A program made the translations under genes and the position numbers. A stretch of DNA of 64,000 nt from Trichinella spiralis. Taxonomy: Eukaryota. Within the stretch, counting starts at the first letter, position 1; every line of letters begins with the position of its first letter. The stretch covers positions 3,810,596-3,874,595 of the forward strand of contig NW_003526944.1 of NCBI RefSeq assembly GCF_000181795.1, read 5' to 3'. The notes under the pieces are model-generated. The model was not told the DNA's origin and made no database searches. It worked only from the letters and a program-made list of their open reading frames with translations. This document shows positions 27,101 through 40,418 of this stretch, in pieces.

Positions 27101-27391
27101 GTATCGATGAAATCAATGACAACGTTCCCAGTGTTGAAAAAAATTCTCACCCTGCATATTCTGGAAAGAATAATGAAAGAAAGGAAAAAAAGGCCGTTCA
27201 CATATTTCCTAATCACTGATCATGATAATACCAAATCAATGAACGGTCGTTCAACGCCGTAATAGAATGAAAATACAAAAAACAAATAAATACAACCCAA
27301 AAAAATAATAATAATGGTACGAAAATTGCTGACCTGTCTGAGTTAGGCAAAGAAGCAATAAGCAGCAGCAGCAGGCGAAGAGGAGAGGCAT
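12594..27391 (-). CDS. sax-7: L1CAM/neuroglian family adhesion molecule (SAX-7/LAD-1 orthologue): signal-peptide exon (about 27391-27334, start codon uncertain), 33-nt exon 26083-26051, six Ig domains (about 25990-21036), five FnIII (about 20946-15656), TM exon 15566-15453, cytoplasmic exons 13069-12991, 12893-12772, 12670-12594
   Basis: Ig motifs (CKASGYP..YRWLKDG, DEGIYQCIAEN, DEGDYEC, DNAVYQCKAEN, DSADYTC), FnIII motifs (LHPWGNFSFRAVARN, YDVRVQSANSLG, LYPGTVYEV), TM WLIAVLVAILFLIFILLAIFFVV, then RGAKYPVSAKE. Tail reads DSMAEYGDGETGRFTEDGSFIGQY (ankyrin-binding FIGQY) and ends in the PDZ-binding motif STFV*. Confidence 0.95.
12760..15660. other. Local assembly artefact: 14251-15240 repeats about 12760-13750 (including two sax-7 cytoplasmic exons); about 13750-14240 is an error-laden copy of about 15240-15660; a 10-N gap lies at 14241-14250
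   Basis: Direct repeat either side of the N gap. Sequence quality decays toward the gap, with homopolymer expansions (e.g. 13940-14100 vs 15420-15545), as expected for untrimmed read ends. Confidence 0.88.
18122..18160. repeat. (TA)n microsatellite in a sax-7 intron, much shorter in the second copy (about 43960-43972)
   Basis: Seen directly; length differs between the two copies. Confidence 0.9.
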
Positions 27392-28057
27392 TGAACGCTG
27401 ACCGCGACGGCAATCACCGGCAATGGACCACGTTTCCATGGCGCGTGGGGCTTTTGTTAAGCATAACAGCCCTTGTTGACACATTTTGACAATTCTTTAT
27501 CTCTGTCTGGACCAAGCAAGAAAAGACCAAGATACCAGCATTCAGCAGTGTCCAAGTGGAGTACACATCGGCAAAAACAATCGAAAACTTAATGGCTCTC
27601 GTCGACAACAACAAGAACAACAATATCGGATGATGATCTGAAATAAAATTCAAATAATTACTTATCCACTGTGTAGAAAAAAGAAGACAAAATCGCGTTA
27701 TCACGTCTTATACATATGCATATATGTGAATAGATGTAGCGAACTCTGGGAGCTTTGTGTATATAATATATATATATATATATACAAAGCTCCCATATGT
27801 ATGTGTATATTGCTTGGAGAACGTAAAACAAGCATCCCACACGAACGGAACACACAACAAAGAGGCGCTAGAGGCTCGGCTCGGTTTAACGGAACCGCCG
27901 TCTTCGATCAATCCAATCTAAGAGATGGCTATTGATTTTTTGCGCCATCATTCAAAACTACTACACCAAACGGCGAGGTCGACGTGCGATCAAACTCGCT
28001 TTTTAAGTATTCCAAATTAAAAGTGGGCAACAGTTTGATGTCAATTTATCAACGCGA

Positions 28058-28083
28058 AATAATAATAATAATAATAATAATAA
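28058..28083. repeat. (AAT)n microsatellite upstream of sax-7
   Basis: aataataat... seen directly; also present at about 54061-54089. Confidence 0.85.
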
Positions 28084-31000
28084 CAAAATCGCACTACAAG
28101 TTAAAATTAAAATATAAATTGAACAAAACAATAATTAAAATATGAATAATAAAACCGTGTAATAAATAATGGTCGCATACTATTACTACTAGTACTAGTA
28201 CTACTCCTACTACTACTGCTGCTGATTACGACGATGATGAGAGAAAAACCAGTCGGCAACGACAACGAATCAGTGCCATTTGAATTAATCGGCTGCCGAG
28301 CACCATCAACCGTAACAACATAAGCATGGCGTTATGCAATCGCGCGCTAACAAGCTGCTTGAACGCCTGGCGCCGGCCAATCGACGCTGACCCAACCAAG
28401 AACACTTTTTAGCCCTAGAGAGAGATTTTTCCAAGCATAATCCAAGGACGAGGTCAGAAACGCCGGCCGCGCGTTGAACACACACACACACACACTTCAA
28501 CCTGCTAAAGCCGTCATTCAACCGGTCATGGACACGCATGCATGCAGGTTTGAAATTCTAAATGGACGATTGGACCAAAAAATGAAATTTTTCCAATGAA
28601 TAGAAAAAAATAATAAAAATATTCAATATTCGATCAATACTGATGAACCATGCACAAATTTTCCCAACAAACATGTCAACTTTTGAAAGCAATTCGAAAC
28701 AAACAAAAAAAAAAAATAAAATTACTGCCCACGCAAAGGACGGGAATGATTCATCCATCAGTGTAGTAGAATAGAAAAGGTAATAAGGGATGGAAAGCGC
28801 AAATAAAAAAAGAGAAAGAGAGAGAGAACGAAAAATTAAGCAAATCGACCAACAAGCATAAAAAGAGAAAGAGAGAGATGACAGGCAAGAAAAACGATCG
28901 TTAAATTTCGCGCACGGTAGTAGCACCGGCCGAAGAGGGAAAGTGATCAATTTCATCCGACCAACAGAACGATGAATTGGACACAAGTCAACGCAAAAAG
29001 CCGACGCTGAGGAATGAAATCAATTCCCATTCTTGGCAAAAGGATATCCATTTTACACTGCCATTTCCTGCTCTTGCATGCTTAACTCTCTCTGCCTGTC
29101 GCTTTCCTCAGCTCGCTCGCTGTTTAGCGTTGCTTCAACGCGATCGAGAAATTTGAAATAGTCACCAAATAGAAGCGTCATTTTTCGGAACAAAAAGAAT
29201 TTTCCCCTTTACTGACAAATAATACCTACTGCTGCTGCTTCGTAGAAATGGGCCTGAACAAATCCGCAGTCCGCACACTACCGACGTTTTTGAACAAAAA
29301 GACAATATATATATATGTATGTATCTGTCGGCGGTTGAAGTTTTGGCAACTGGAACCGCAGTTGAACAGCAGAATCGATTAATTAATCAACGTAGAACTG
29401 GTAAGAAACGTCGCCGAAGCAATTGCCGGCGTTCTGCCAGCGGCGTGAAAATTATCAAGGTCGTCCAAGCACGACCGGCTCCTGCGTTCAAAAACTGTAC
29501 AGTACGGTAATTTTACCTGAACATTACAAAAGTAAAAAAACTGGGAAACTTCAACGCGCGCGTTTTCAACAGTGGAAAAGAGAATTTTTGCAAAACTCAA
29601 CAATGCCCAACAAAACCCACTTTACGGTGTCGTGGAAGAACAAATTTACTGTCATACTGTAATCAACAGATAATTCAAGTATCGAAGTGACGACGGCTCA
29701 ATTGACAAGGGCCAAGGTGCGATTGAACGAAAACGAAACGAACGACACTGTTTGACGAAACAGTCGACAACTATACTTTACAATGAAAACGAATCATTTT
29801 TCAGGTTTACTTATTGCGAATGTCTTGAACAAACACGACAACAACCTTTGCCGTTGGCCGAAAGTATTTTCAGCAACAGAAAGAAGCTGCGTTGTTGACT
29901 TTCCGCTAAGCTGTAAAAGATGCTAAGCTGGAATTGCCCATTTATTTTTAAGAAAAAAGTTTTTTTCCTTTTTTAAAATAAAGATTAAATTTATATAGAA
30001 AAATTATGTAACACGGAAAAATGAACACTGCTAATAATAGTCGTGTGAACGCGTCGATAAGTGACAGCGATGCAATATGTTACAACAAAATACATACTAA
30101 TTCACTGATGTCAGTTTGATAAGTTATGCTGATAAATTGTTCATTCCCTTAGGAATTGGAAAAGACTAAAAAGAAAGAAAGAAAAATAACATAAATATGA
30201 TAAACAATTTTTAAAAAAAATATAAGAAATTTATCCACTAAAAACACAAATACCACATTGTTTGCTTCAACAACGAATGCTGAATGTGAAATCACTAGTA
30301 GCTTGCATGATGAAGAAATGAATAAATAAGCAGCATACAAACTGGTAAGAAAGTAGTAGATGGGGGATGGTTGAATTTGTTTGCAATTCAAGGCCATACC
30401 CCCTGAAGATGAAACAATTAAAACAAGTCATTGACAACGTTCCATACTTGGACAAAGGGAATAATAAAAATTGGAAAATTAATATATCCACCTTAGCAGA
30501 ATTATTTATGTCAACGGTAGAAAAAAGAGACGACTGTGAAACAAAAAAAAAGAAGAATAAATGTCCTTCTTACACGGTCAGGGTGACGACGGTCTATGGG
30601 TGTTGGTGAGAAGAAATTTCACCATGATCAAAATGTATAAAGGCAATTGTTGAAGAAATTTTGTCTGTCTTCAAATTTTCCAGCATCATCTTAAAGCACA
30701 GATGGTTGGTTGTTGGTTGGATCTTGAAGTGAAGAGAGAAGTCGATAAAGATCGCAAGCATTGCACGGCTAGCTTACTTGGCAGCTTTTTCAACGTCTCC
30801 GCCGTGTTTAAACCAACAACAACGATCAGCAGGGCTTTTTCTGTTCCAATGCCGGTCGTCCATCAACTAAAACAACTGTTTATCAGAACGTCGACAACAA
30901 ATGAAACCGATTTCAATCACTTCCACTGAAACACACAAAGAGCAGCAGCGGCAATATTAACGTTAACATCAACGGCAACGCTGGGCAAGCAGAACTGAAC

Positions 31001-32262
31001 AAATTCCACAAACAATTATGATAATGATGGAATTGTTTTTTGAATTATAATTTTCTCTCAAAAATTTCAATTTATCATCCCAATTTCCAAATGCATCGTC
31101 GTCAATTTTTGCTTCGATTAATTAATAAAGCAGAAAAGAATGTTCAGTGGAAAATTACAACAATAAACAAGCATAATTTCGGAAAAATAATTGTTTGAAC
31201 AATTGTCATCAAGCTAGCATCAAGCCAGCTGTTTATTTGCACAATGACATGTCAAGAGAGCGGGCAGGCGGATTGCAAAAGTGCAATTGAAAAAGATTGC
31301 AAAAGTTACAAACCCGTTTCTGCAAACTCAAGCGTGTAAAACGGCAAAAACGTCAGCAGCTTATTTCCACATCGACCTACCTGCAAGGAGATGATTTGCA
31401 TGGAACAAAAAAAAACTATTCGAGCTTGAATACATTTTTACCAATGAGAAATTCGTCAGTAAATACTTTAATGTCGATAAAATAAACTAATAAGAAAAAC
31501 ATTTACACAACGAAGCGGATACTTTTCAGTGAAAACAAAACAAAACAAAATACTGCGCATCTCTCATTTCACACATAACCAGTTTTCACTCAAGAGAATA
31601 TTTTCAAATTCAAATGAAATTAAATATGTGTCATTTGACTTAACCTGATTGTCAAATTATATTTTTATTTTTTTTGTTTTTTTTAAATATAATTTTTCCA
31701 CTTTATTATTTTCAAAAATAAAAATAAAAATAATTGTTTTTTATAAACTTTTTCAAAAATCAAATTTGCATCAATGACTGTAACTCAATTACAGTGAACT
31801 AATTAATGGGGAAAAAATGAAAAATTAACCTCAAACAGTGATAAATTTAATTTAAAATTTATCACATTAAAATTTGTATTTTTTTGACAAAAATTCCATT
31901 CCACTATCATTGAATGGTGAATGTTTTGGCGAAATGTAGCCCATTTCAGCAAATTAAAGTTACCAAAAAATCAAAAATTCAACTGGTAATATGTCAAATA
32001 GAAAAATTAATTGAAATACGCAAACACAATTGGATTTAGTGCCTTTTTACGTGCAGATTGTCAAAAGTTGTATACAGTAATAAAACTTGAAAATCGAATG
32101 GGGAACATTTCAGATATTTTTTGTGCCAAAAAACGAACCGTAATGATTGACATGTTGCATGGTACTTTAAAATATAAAGGATTCTGTATAAAATATTATG
32201 AATTTCCTTTTTAATTCATTTACGCTGCTAATTTTGCACATTTTCAGGATATTTATTGTGAA

Positions 32263-33688
32263 ATGTCCGTTCATTCAACGAATGTGATGTTATTCATGAG
32301 TGAAGCAATAAGGAAACGATACGTCATCGTAAGCAGACGATGAACAAAATGTTTAAAATTTTAGATTAATTATAATTTTTAATATGTAAATTTTTAAACA
32401 TTTGGTCTTTTTTAACGTGCGATTGCATGCAAAATCGGTTATTATTATCCGCTAATTTGAAAATATTTTCTTTTATCACAGGAAAAAAGCTATGTCGGGG
32501 AAGGAAGTTTCGGAAAAATCTATAAAGCATTGGACACGGAGAATGGTGAAACTGTTGCGTTGAAAGTATCTCGGAGGAGCCCCGGCTCAGAGAATGAAGT
32601 GCACATTTTGCAAAAGTTTATGAGTAATGCTTTTGAAATATTGCAATCATATCCAAGATGAAGTTTTTAAATAATTGTTTTGCCGTTAAAGATTCAGGCA
32701 GCCGACACTGTCCCAAACTATTTTATTCCTCAAAAGACGATATGTATGTTTACATATCGATGGAAATTCTGGGTGTGCCATTGAAAACTTATCGCCACAA
32801 ATCGAAAGGAGGAAAGCTGAGCATGATTTGTGTAAGTCTCATTGCAATACAATGCATTGAGGCACTGCGAGATTTACACGAAGCTGGATATCTGCATTTG
32901 GACTTGAGCCCGGTAAATTTTTCGTTTATTAACTATTCAACGGAATAAACACTTTTCTTATTCTTCTGCGTTGGAGGCAAATTTGCTGCTTGGGTTGGGT
33001 TCCGACGCGAACAGAATTTTCTTAATAGATTTTGGGCTGTCCAAAGCGATTACAGATGACTGCTGCTACTTCAAATCGGATCATTTTTTCGGTACTCAAT
33101 GTTACGCTTCTATTTCAATGCACAACTTGCAGGTATGTAAAATTTTCAAATCAAACGTCATCTATAGTTACTACTACTTCACACATCGATTACTTGATTA
33201 CTTAATAATTCATGAATACAGGATAAAAGTTTTAAAAAAAAAAGAAAAACATCTTTTTGATAGTGATAGATGTTGTTCTACAAATGAAAAGCATTAACAA
33301 CATCTGTGATCAAATAAATTAATTTTCAGCCAGTAGGTAGAAAAGATGATCTGTTGTCATTACTTTATGTATTGACCGAGCTGCTGACTGGTAGTTTACC
33401 ATGGGAAACTGTTCAAAGCAGAAAAGACATCGTGAAAATGAAAATAGAACGGTTTCCGATACTATGCAAATCGTTGCCAGCGCCGATGAGCATGTTCGGT
33501 GAACATCTGAATGAGCTGAAGTAAGATTTTCAACGACATGCATGAATTTCTCAATTTAACTGATTTTTCATTTTTCCAGCTACATGGATAAACCAGATTA
33601 TCAGCTTCTAATTGATGGCTTCACAGAGTGGTTAAAAAGTAAGAAGTTTTCACCAGATTCTCCCTTAGATTTGAAATTAAAAGAATGA
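32263..33688 (+). CDS. Divergent casein kinase 1/tau-tubulin kinase-like protein kinase, copy 1; exons approximately 32263-32328, 32482-32623, 32692-32912, 32977-33132, 33330-33520, 33580-33688
   Basis: VGEGSFGKIY, VALK, ENEVHIL, YISMEILG, AIQCIEALRDLHEAGYLHLDLSP|ANLLLG, IFLIDFGLSK, FFGTQCYASISMH, GRKDDLLSLLYVLTEL..GSLPW, DKPDYQLL. These are CK1-group signature motifs. A ttttcag acceptor lies 15 nt upstream of the ATG. Confidence 0.85.
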
Positions 33689-33930
33689 AATGGGAATTTT
33701 GTCAGTCTAAGTGGACCGTGAAATTAACAAAATTGAATATATATATATATATATATATACATTTGCTTATATATTTATATTTATCTTACACTATACATAT
33801 ACATTCATGAATTGAGGAACAGAATGAATATTTGTAAATTGTGTAATGTGTTTGTTTGTTTTCAATGGGCACAAAAACGATATATCTATACATGCCTGCA
33901 AAAATGGAAAAACGAAACCAATTATCAGTA

Positions 33931-35150
33931 CTACGTTCGGCTTGTTGCTGCAATCGTTTCAAACAAATTCAACACATGCAAAGTGTAGTTGAACAAATTA
34001 TCCTGCAACTCTACATCCAAAGCCAACGGCGATGGTTCTGCTTTTTTAAAATTGCTCAAATATCGACCAGTTTCATGTTCCACTTCCGGACTCAACAAAC
34101 AATAAAGCGGAGTCTGGGCACCTTCTCTAGCTGTTTTCAGAAAATACCAAAGGAATGGTTTCGAACAGAGGCGAACAATTCGGTTCGTGTTCAACGGCGT
34201 GTAACGCAACAAACGAGTAAAGCAAGCGCCCGGATAGCACACGTTCACTGTTACGGATGCATTGTCCGCTGCCAACCTCTTTGCCAGAGCAAACGCATAA
34301 ATGGTCTGAAAATTTTTTTGAAAAAATGCATTTTTAAAATGATCGACATTATCATAATGTTCAAAAAACAACGATCGATTATTACCAGTGCAAGTTTACT
34401 TCGACTGTAAGCTTCAAATCGATCCCAACCGTCTCTGGTGTCCACAGTTTTCAAATCCAATTCTGCAGAAGAACAATAGCTTTGGAGGCGCGAGACGAGA
34501 AATAAAATTCGTGCTCTCGGTGCATCTGTCGCTTTCATCAGTGGAAGCAGCTTTTCCGTCAGAAGTGCATGGCCAAGATAATTCACTTGCCATGTGTATT
34601 CGTGGCCGTTTTCGGTCATCTGAAATTTCGGATAGAACATCACAGCAGCGTTGTTCACCAAACCGTCCAATTTGTGCTCGTGTTGGAAAATCTGATCGGC
34701 AAAATTGCAAACTGATGCAAACGAATGCATACGCAGCCGAATTATCACCATCAATTGTGGATCGCATCCTCGATTGACCAAAGCTTCGAATGCTTTTTCG
34801 CCGGTCAATTCAGAACGAGAGCCCATGTAAACTTTCGCGCCAAAAACGGGAAAATAAATCAAATTAAGAATAAAAACAAACAAACAACGCCTACCTCGCA
34901 GTACTAAATCGCACACAATTTCCAACCCTATACCACTGTCTGCGCCGGTCACAACATAAATTTTTCCATCGCATCGTTCCTGTCCCGCGTACTTCTTCGT
35001 TCGTCGAAGACGACTACAAGGATGTCAGGAAAAAAACAAAAGAAAAAACTACCAAAAAAGAATATTCATCTCTTACTAGTAAATAATAAAAAATGCAAAC
35101 AAGAAGTAAAAAGGATACAGGATCCAAATGGATGTCGTATTCACCTCCAT
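33931..35150 (-). CDS. Short-chain dehydrogenase/reductase, RDH11-14/WWOX-like, with N-terminal membrane anchor, copy 1
   Basis: Exon 1 MEVNTTSIWILYPFYFLFAFFIIY(Y) splices to RLRRTKKY...IYVVTGADSGIG (Rossmann TGxxxGIG). Also LVNNAAV, WQVNYLGHALLT, catalytic YSRSK (YxxxK), VNVCYPG and LKTAREGAQTPLYC. Confidence 0.92.
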
Positions 35151-35715
35151 TTTCGAACAGCGGCGTCAACAAGCACATGCTACTTTTGCACTTTCTGCAA
35201 AACATCATGATTACGGTAGATTTTCAAGTATTAATATTTTGAAAGTTAAAAAAAAGAAAAACATGTTTCAATGATTTATTCACCTGCGGCGAAACGGCAA
35301 TTGATCCTGTTTGAAAATCAAATTTAAGCAAACAAGTACACAATCTTACTATTTTCAAATGCACTTCAAATTAAAGTTTCATTAATACATTCTTATTAAA
35401 GGTTGTGTCGTCGAATTAGATTGCACTGCTTCTTACAGTTGAATTCAAATCTCTCATTTGAATAAGCTATTCAGCTAATGAAAATTGCTTACCAATTGTT
35501 CTGTTAGAAATAAAAAAACGACTTGGCAATGTTTCAAGTAATTAACTGATACTGCATCGTCAATTTGTTCATAGCTGAAATTTTTTTTCCATTTTCAAAT
35601 AACTGTCTTTTCTTTTTTCTCTATAATTTTATTTAGAAAAAAATCAACAATTAACCAAGTTAAACCTGCAAACAGGCAAACGAAAAAATCCATGAAGCGA
35701 ACAAATGCGTAAATT

Positions 35716-38700
35716 TTATGTTTTTCGTACATCTTCTTTCAAAGATACAGTTCGATTGAAGACGAGCTAAAAATTATTCAAAAGAAAAGCAGAAGCTATC
35801 ATATCATTGTTTTTGAACAATTTAAATTTAAATTTGAAAAAAGCAAAACAGTAATTCACCTTTGTATCAGTTGAATCTGGATCGACTACGAAAAAGCCAA
35901 CTCTTTCGAACTGAAATCGGCTTTCCACTTTGGCGCATCGCCTCAAGCTTTCGTCAATGTAAGCATCGTTGATCACATGCAATGAATCCTGAATGCAAAA
36001 AAAACAATACACACTATGCAAATGGAAGAAGAGAAAAAAAATACACAAAATCATTGCACAACCTTATTAACGTCAGTTAAAAATCCTCCCGGAACTTCGT
36101 TCGAATCTTCAGGATTTCTGTGATGAAACCTGAAAATCATTTATTTGATCACGTACAAATTTCGCTTTTCCTATTCAACTTACAATCTCTCGTACAAGCG
36201 GACTTCACAACTGATCGGTTTCGCAACCCAATGGATGAAACATTTTGGTTTGTTCTGTTCAGTCAATTTTTCCACTTTCACAATCAATTCCATAAATTCT
36301 CCCAGATGATTCTGCACATGATAACGACATACACATGTGACCGAATCAATCAATCAAGCAGTAAGATAAGCTACCTTTTTTATTTCTTGCAAAATCATCA
36401 CAAGACCAACATACTTTAAACCAACTGCTTGAGTACTCGTAAAGCGTTTAAAATGTTTATCATCAGCATGCTAAAAATGGAAATTCATCATTATTTAAAA
36501 TAGTGAGTTCAAAAAAAAATTTTTAAGCAACCTCTTTAAAATCATCAGCTTCGATGAATATTGTAGAATCAAACTGGACATGATGCTTTCCTGTAGATTT
36601 ATCCGACAGAGTGTTGGGAAAGTCTGGCACTTCCACCATTTTTGGCAATTCAACAGGGTTTGCAAATCTTACTTTCAAAGGGTTCAACACTGCCATATGT
36701 CTGAAAGAAAAAACAATGCAAATATTAATTAAAAAAAAAAACTCTATTCACATACACACCTCGGAGCGGTTACGTTTAGCACATCTCGAACACAAGCTTC
36801 GAGCATCATCGGATCAACTGCAGTTAAAGCTGTCGTAAGACCCATCTATAAATTATATAATTTATAAAAGAAAAGAAAATGAATTTTCATTTTTTAAAAC
36901 AATAAATATAAATTCACTTTAGCGACAAAATTGTTTATCGCTTGTGGAGGAAAACCACGTCGTTTCAGAGCTGTGAGTGTAAACAGTCTCGGATCGTCCC
37001 AATCGCTGCAGCAGTTGATAAAATTATTATGATGCTCAATTATCAAAATTAGCATACAACGTTTATTACCGTATAATATTTTCTTGAACTAATTTGATAA
37101 TTTTCCTTTTAGATATGACCGCATAATGGACGTTCAGACGAGCAAATTCCCACTGCACTGGACAATACAAATCCAATGCGTTGCACAACCAATAATAAGA
37201 GGATCGTCTGTAAAAAATTAAAACAACAATTATTATTATTATTCATCAAGCAAACAGTCCTTTTTGATCGTATAATTCAAACCTCGATTGAAACTCTTTC
37301 GTGCACAAAGAATGTGTTATATTTTCAATCGAATCGCACAAACAATGAGTATAATCATAAGTTGGGTAAATACACCTGAAAAATACAGAAAATTTTTAAA
37401 AAATATTTTCACATTAAAAAGCAAACTTTTATAATTTCAAACCATTTATTGCCCGTTCTGTGATGAGGAACGTATTTGATTCTATACGCCACTGGGTCGA
37501 CTTTTCTTCTTCCAAAGTTATTTTCATTCGAAGGGTTGCTGCGCCCTCGTCGAACATACCATTTTTCATATCCTAATCGTTTTGTTTATGTTCAGTTTAA
37601 AATAAAATTTATGAAAATGGCAATAACGAACTTCGAACAACTTCAAGACTCGTCATGGGTCGATCACGCCACGGAGAAGGTGTCGGATTAATACCTTTCA
37701 CTTCTTCCGCTTTCTGATGGCAACGTAAGGCATGCCACGCCTTATCACTCTAAGCAATCGTACAGTTGATCAAATATCTGACGAATGCGTCACTTTGTAN
37801 NNNNNNNNNNNNNNNNNNNNNNNNNNNNNNNNNNNNNNNNNNNNNNNNNNNNNNNNNNNNNNNNNNNNNNNNNNNNNNNNNNNNNNNNNNNNNNNNNNNN
37901 NNNNNNNNNNNNNNNNNNNNNNNNNNNNNNNNNNNNNNNNNNNNNNNNNNNNNNNNNNNNNNNNNNNNNNNNNNNNNNNNNNNNNNNNNNNNNNNNNNNN
38001 NNNNNNNNNNNNNNNNNNNNNNNNNNNNNNNNNNNNNNNNNNNNNNNNNNNNNNNNNNNNNNNNNNNNNNNNNNNNNNNNNNNNNNNNNNNNNNNNNNNN
38101 NNNNNNNNNNNNNNNNNNNNNNNNNNNNNNNNNNNNNNNNNNNNNNNNNNNNNNNNNNNNNNNNNNNNNNNNNNNNNNNNNNNNNNNNNNNNNNNNNNNN
38201 NNNNNNNNNNNNNNNNNNNNNNNNNNNNNNNNNNNNNNNNNNNNNNNNNNNNNNNNNNNNNNNNNNNNNNNNNNNNNNNNNNNNNNNNNNNNNNNNNNNN
38301 NNNNNNNNNNNNNNNNNNNNNNNNNNNNNNNNNNNNNNNNNNNNNNNNNNNNNNNNNNNNNNNNNNNNNNNNNNNNNNNNNNNNNNNNNNNNNNNNNNNN
38401 NNNNNNNNNNNNNNNNNNNNNNNNNNNNNNNNNNNNNNNNNNNNNNNNNNNNNNNNNNNNNNNNNNNNNNNNNNNNNNNNNNNNNNNNNNNNNNNNNNNN
38501 NNNNNNNNNNNNNNNNNNNNNNNNNNNNNNNNNNNNNNNNNNNNNNNNNNNNNNNNNNNNNNNNNNNNNNNNNNNNNNNNNNNNNNNNNNNNNNNNNNNN
38601 NNNNNNNNNNNNNTGTAGATCTCCCCGGCTTGTGGAAATGTGCTTTTGTTTTCATCAATTCTTCAATAGTAGCTGCACCTTCAAACTCTGTGAATAAATA

Positions 38701-39843
38701 TTGTAATTGAAACTTCACTTTCAATTCATCACAAAATTATACGAACACATACCACTTTCTTCATTTTTTGCTGTTTCTTTGGCTTTCAATTTCTCTTTTG
38801 GCATCACCTTTGAAGGGATCTGAAAACAAATTTCATAAAAATTTGTACGTTGGAACAAAATATTAAAAAAAAAAGAATACTTTCTTTCCGCTCTGCATAT
38901 CGTCCAATGTTTTCGGCCCCAATAATATCAACATTTGCATATCAATTTCTTTCTTCAACTTGCTCCCATCAGCCCATGGTAATACTTTGCGGACTTCAGC
39001 TGAAAGAAACGAAATAAAAGAAAAATGATAAACACTACAGACAACGTATGAAGTGAAATACAATTTCAAATTTAAATGATCAGTGAAATTAATTCAAATT
39101 CAGCTCTGAATTTTCATTTCAAATGTCTGCGAAACATCATTTCATACGGTGAACAGGTTCATTTATTCATACAATGACGGCCAATGACCACTTACCAATC
39201 AACGATGAAATTGGAAATTTATAACGCATCAACTGTAACTTTTCTTCATTCGCTTTGATGACGGATGTAACCTGCAATGACGAAACGACTGAAATAATAA
39301 TTGAAGATGCAATTCTTATTTTTTTTCTAAAATAACAATCATACAGTATCTTCAATTTGTTCTTCAGTAACTTTCACACCAATGCCACAAGCCTGCTCGA
39401 ATTCTGCTTTATCAAAATCGCTGGCAGCATGCGAAAGAAGAAATTGCAACGCGGCTGAGGTGAAAGCAAAACTGCAAACTCGAACAACAACACAAGTCAA
39501 CATTTGCATTACCTGAAAGCTGCAAATCATTTTCCAATCTGTTGTTGCAAATTTCCTCTATCAAAAGCTCTGCATATTGGAAGCATTGTTTTTTAAGACG
39601 TGTGGCAGTTTGATACAACAGTTTGCCTTGAGATTCGCTCAATTTTCCGTTGGTAATTTTCAACGCCTTCAAAAAATAGCACAATAATTGAGAAAAGAAC
39701 TGAATCAACCTGCACAGTCACTTCACCTGATTTGCCATGTTGGAAAGTGATGCCGTAAGCGTTTCATTTCTCAGTGTTTCTTTAATTTTTTCACCACTTA
39801 AGCCAAGCGCACTCAGAAGCTGATTATTATTTGCGAAAGCCAT
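35716..39843 (-). CDS. qars-1: Glutaminyl-tRNA synthetase, copy 1 (central exons fall in the N gap 37800-38613)
   Basis: N-terminal [50 protein letters not shown]. Catalytic-domain motifs [66 protein letters not shown]-terminal [33 protein letters not shown]. Confidence 0.95.
37800..38613. other. Assembly gap (N run) inside qars-1; flanking 37490-37799 has several deletions relative to copy 2
   Basis: N run; compare 63480-63800, which reads in frame. Confidence 0.95.
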
Positions 39844-40418
39844 GCGACTGAAAAAAAAACCAAAAATAAAAATAGCCTGCGCAACTTAACAACAACACAT
39901 TTCATAAGTGTACACGTTTTACAGTAATTTTATTGACTATCAAGTGCATTGCATGTTTTTTATTACAGTAATTAAAAAATTCAAATTTAACAAATTATAA
40001 ATTGAAAAATGTAATTTCTTGATTCTCAAAAGAACAACGACATTTGAATTTTCCAAAATTTTTCATATTCAATAGAATCTGAAACGAATCGTTCACTTGT
40101 TCAATAAACGATTTCAATCAAATGATTTCATTTGTTTCTGAAATACTATCTATGCTCATCGACAATTTTTCATCCACTATAGTCATTCAAATTTCTAGGC
40201 AAAAGCAAAACGAAAATAGCATATGCTAGCTGTTTTCATTTTTCTCAATGCTTTACAGGAAAAAGATAAAATTTCACTGCTGTATCGAAATTTTGAAACT
40301 GAAACAATCATTTAAATGAGGAAGCATGAAATTTGATCATGTACCAATTTAATGTGTGAGAATTCTGCATCCAATAATTGACAACACTGAACAATCATTT
40401 GCACTTCATTCCATGAAA

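Noticed and set aside
33856..34777. Long plus-strand ORFs (184 aa, 129 aa) overlapping the SDR; similar ORFs antisense to sax-7 and PAK exons
   Set aside because: These are antisense shadows of GC-richer coding exons, with no independent support.
37490..37799. Frameshifts in qars-1 copy 1
   Set aside because: They are adjacent to the N gap, and the same exon is intact in copy 2 (63620-63815).
37732..38724. Long ORFs in the ORF track here and at 53030-53914
   Set aside because: They consist of X residues translated from N gaps.
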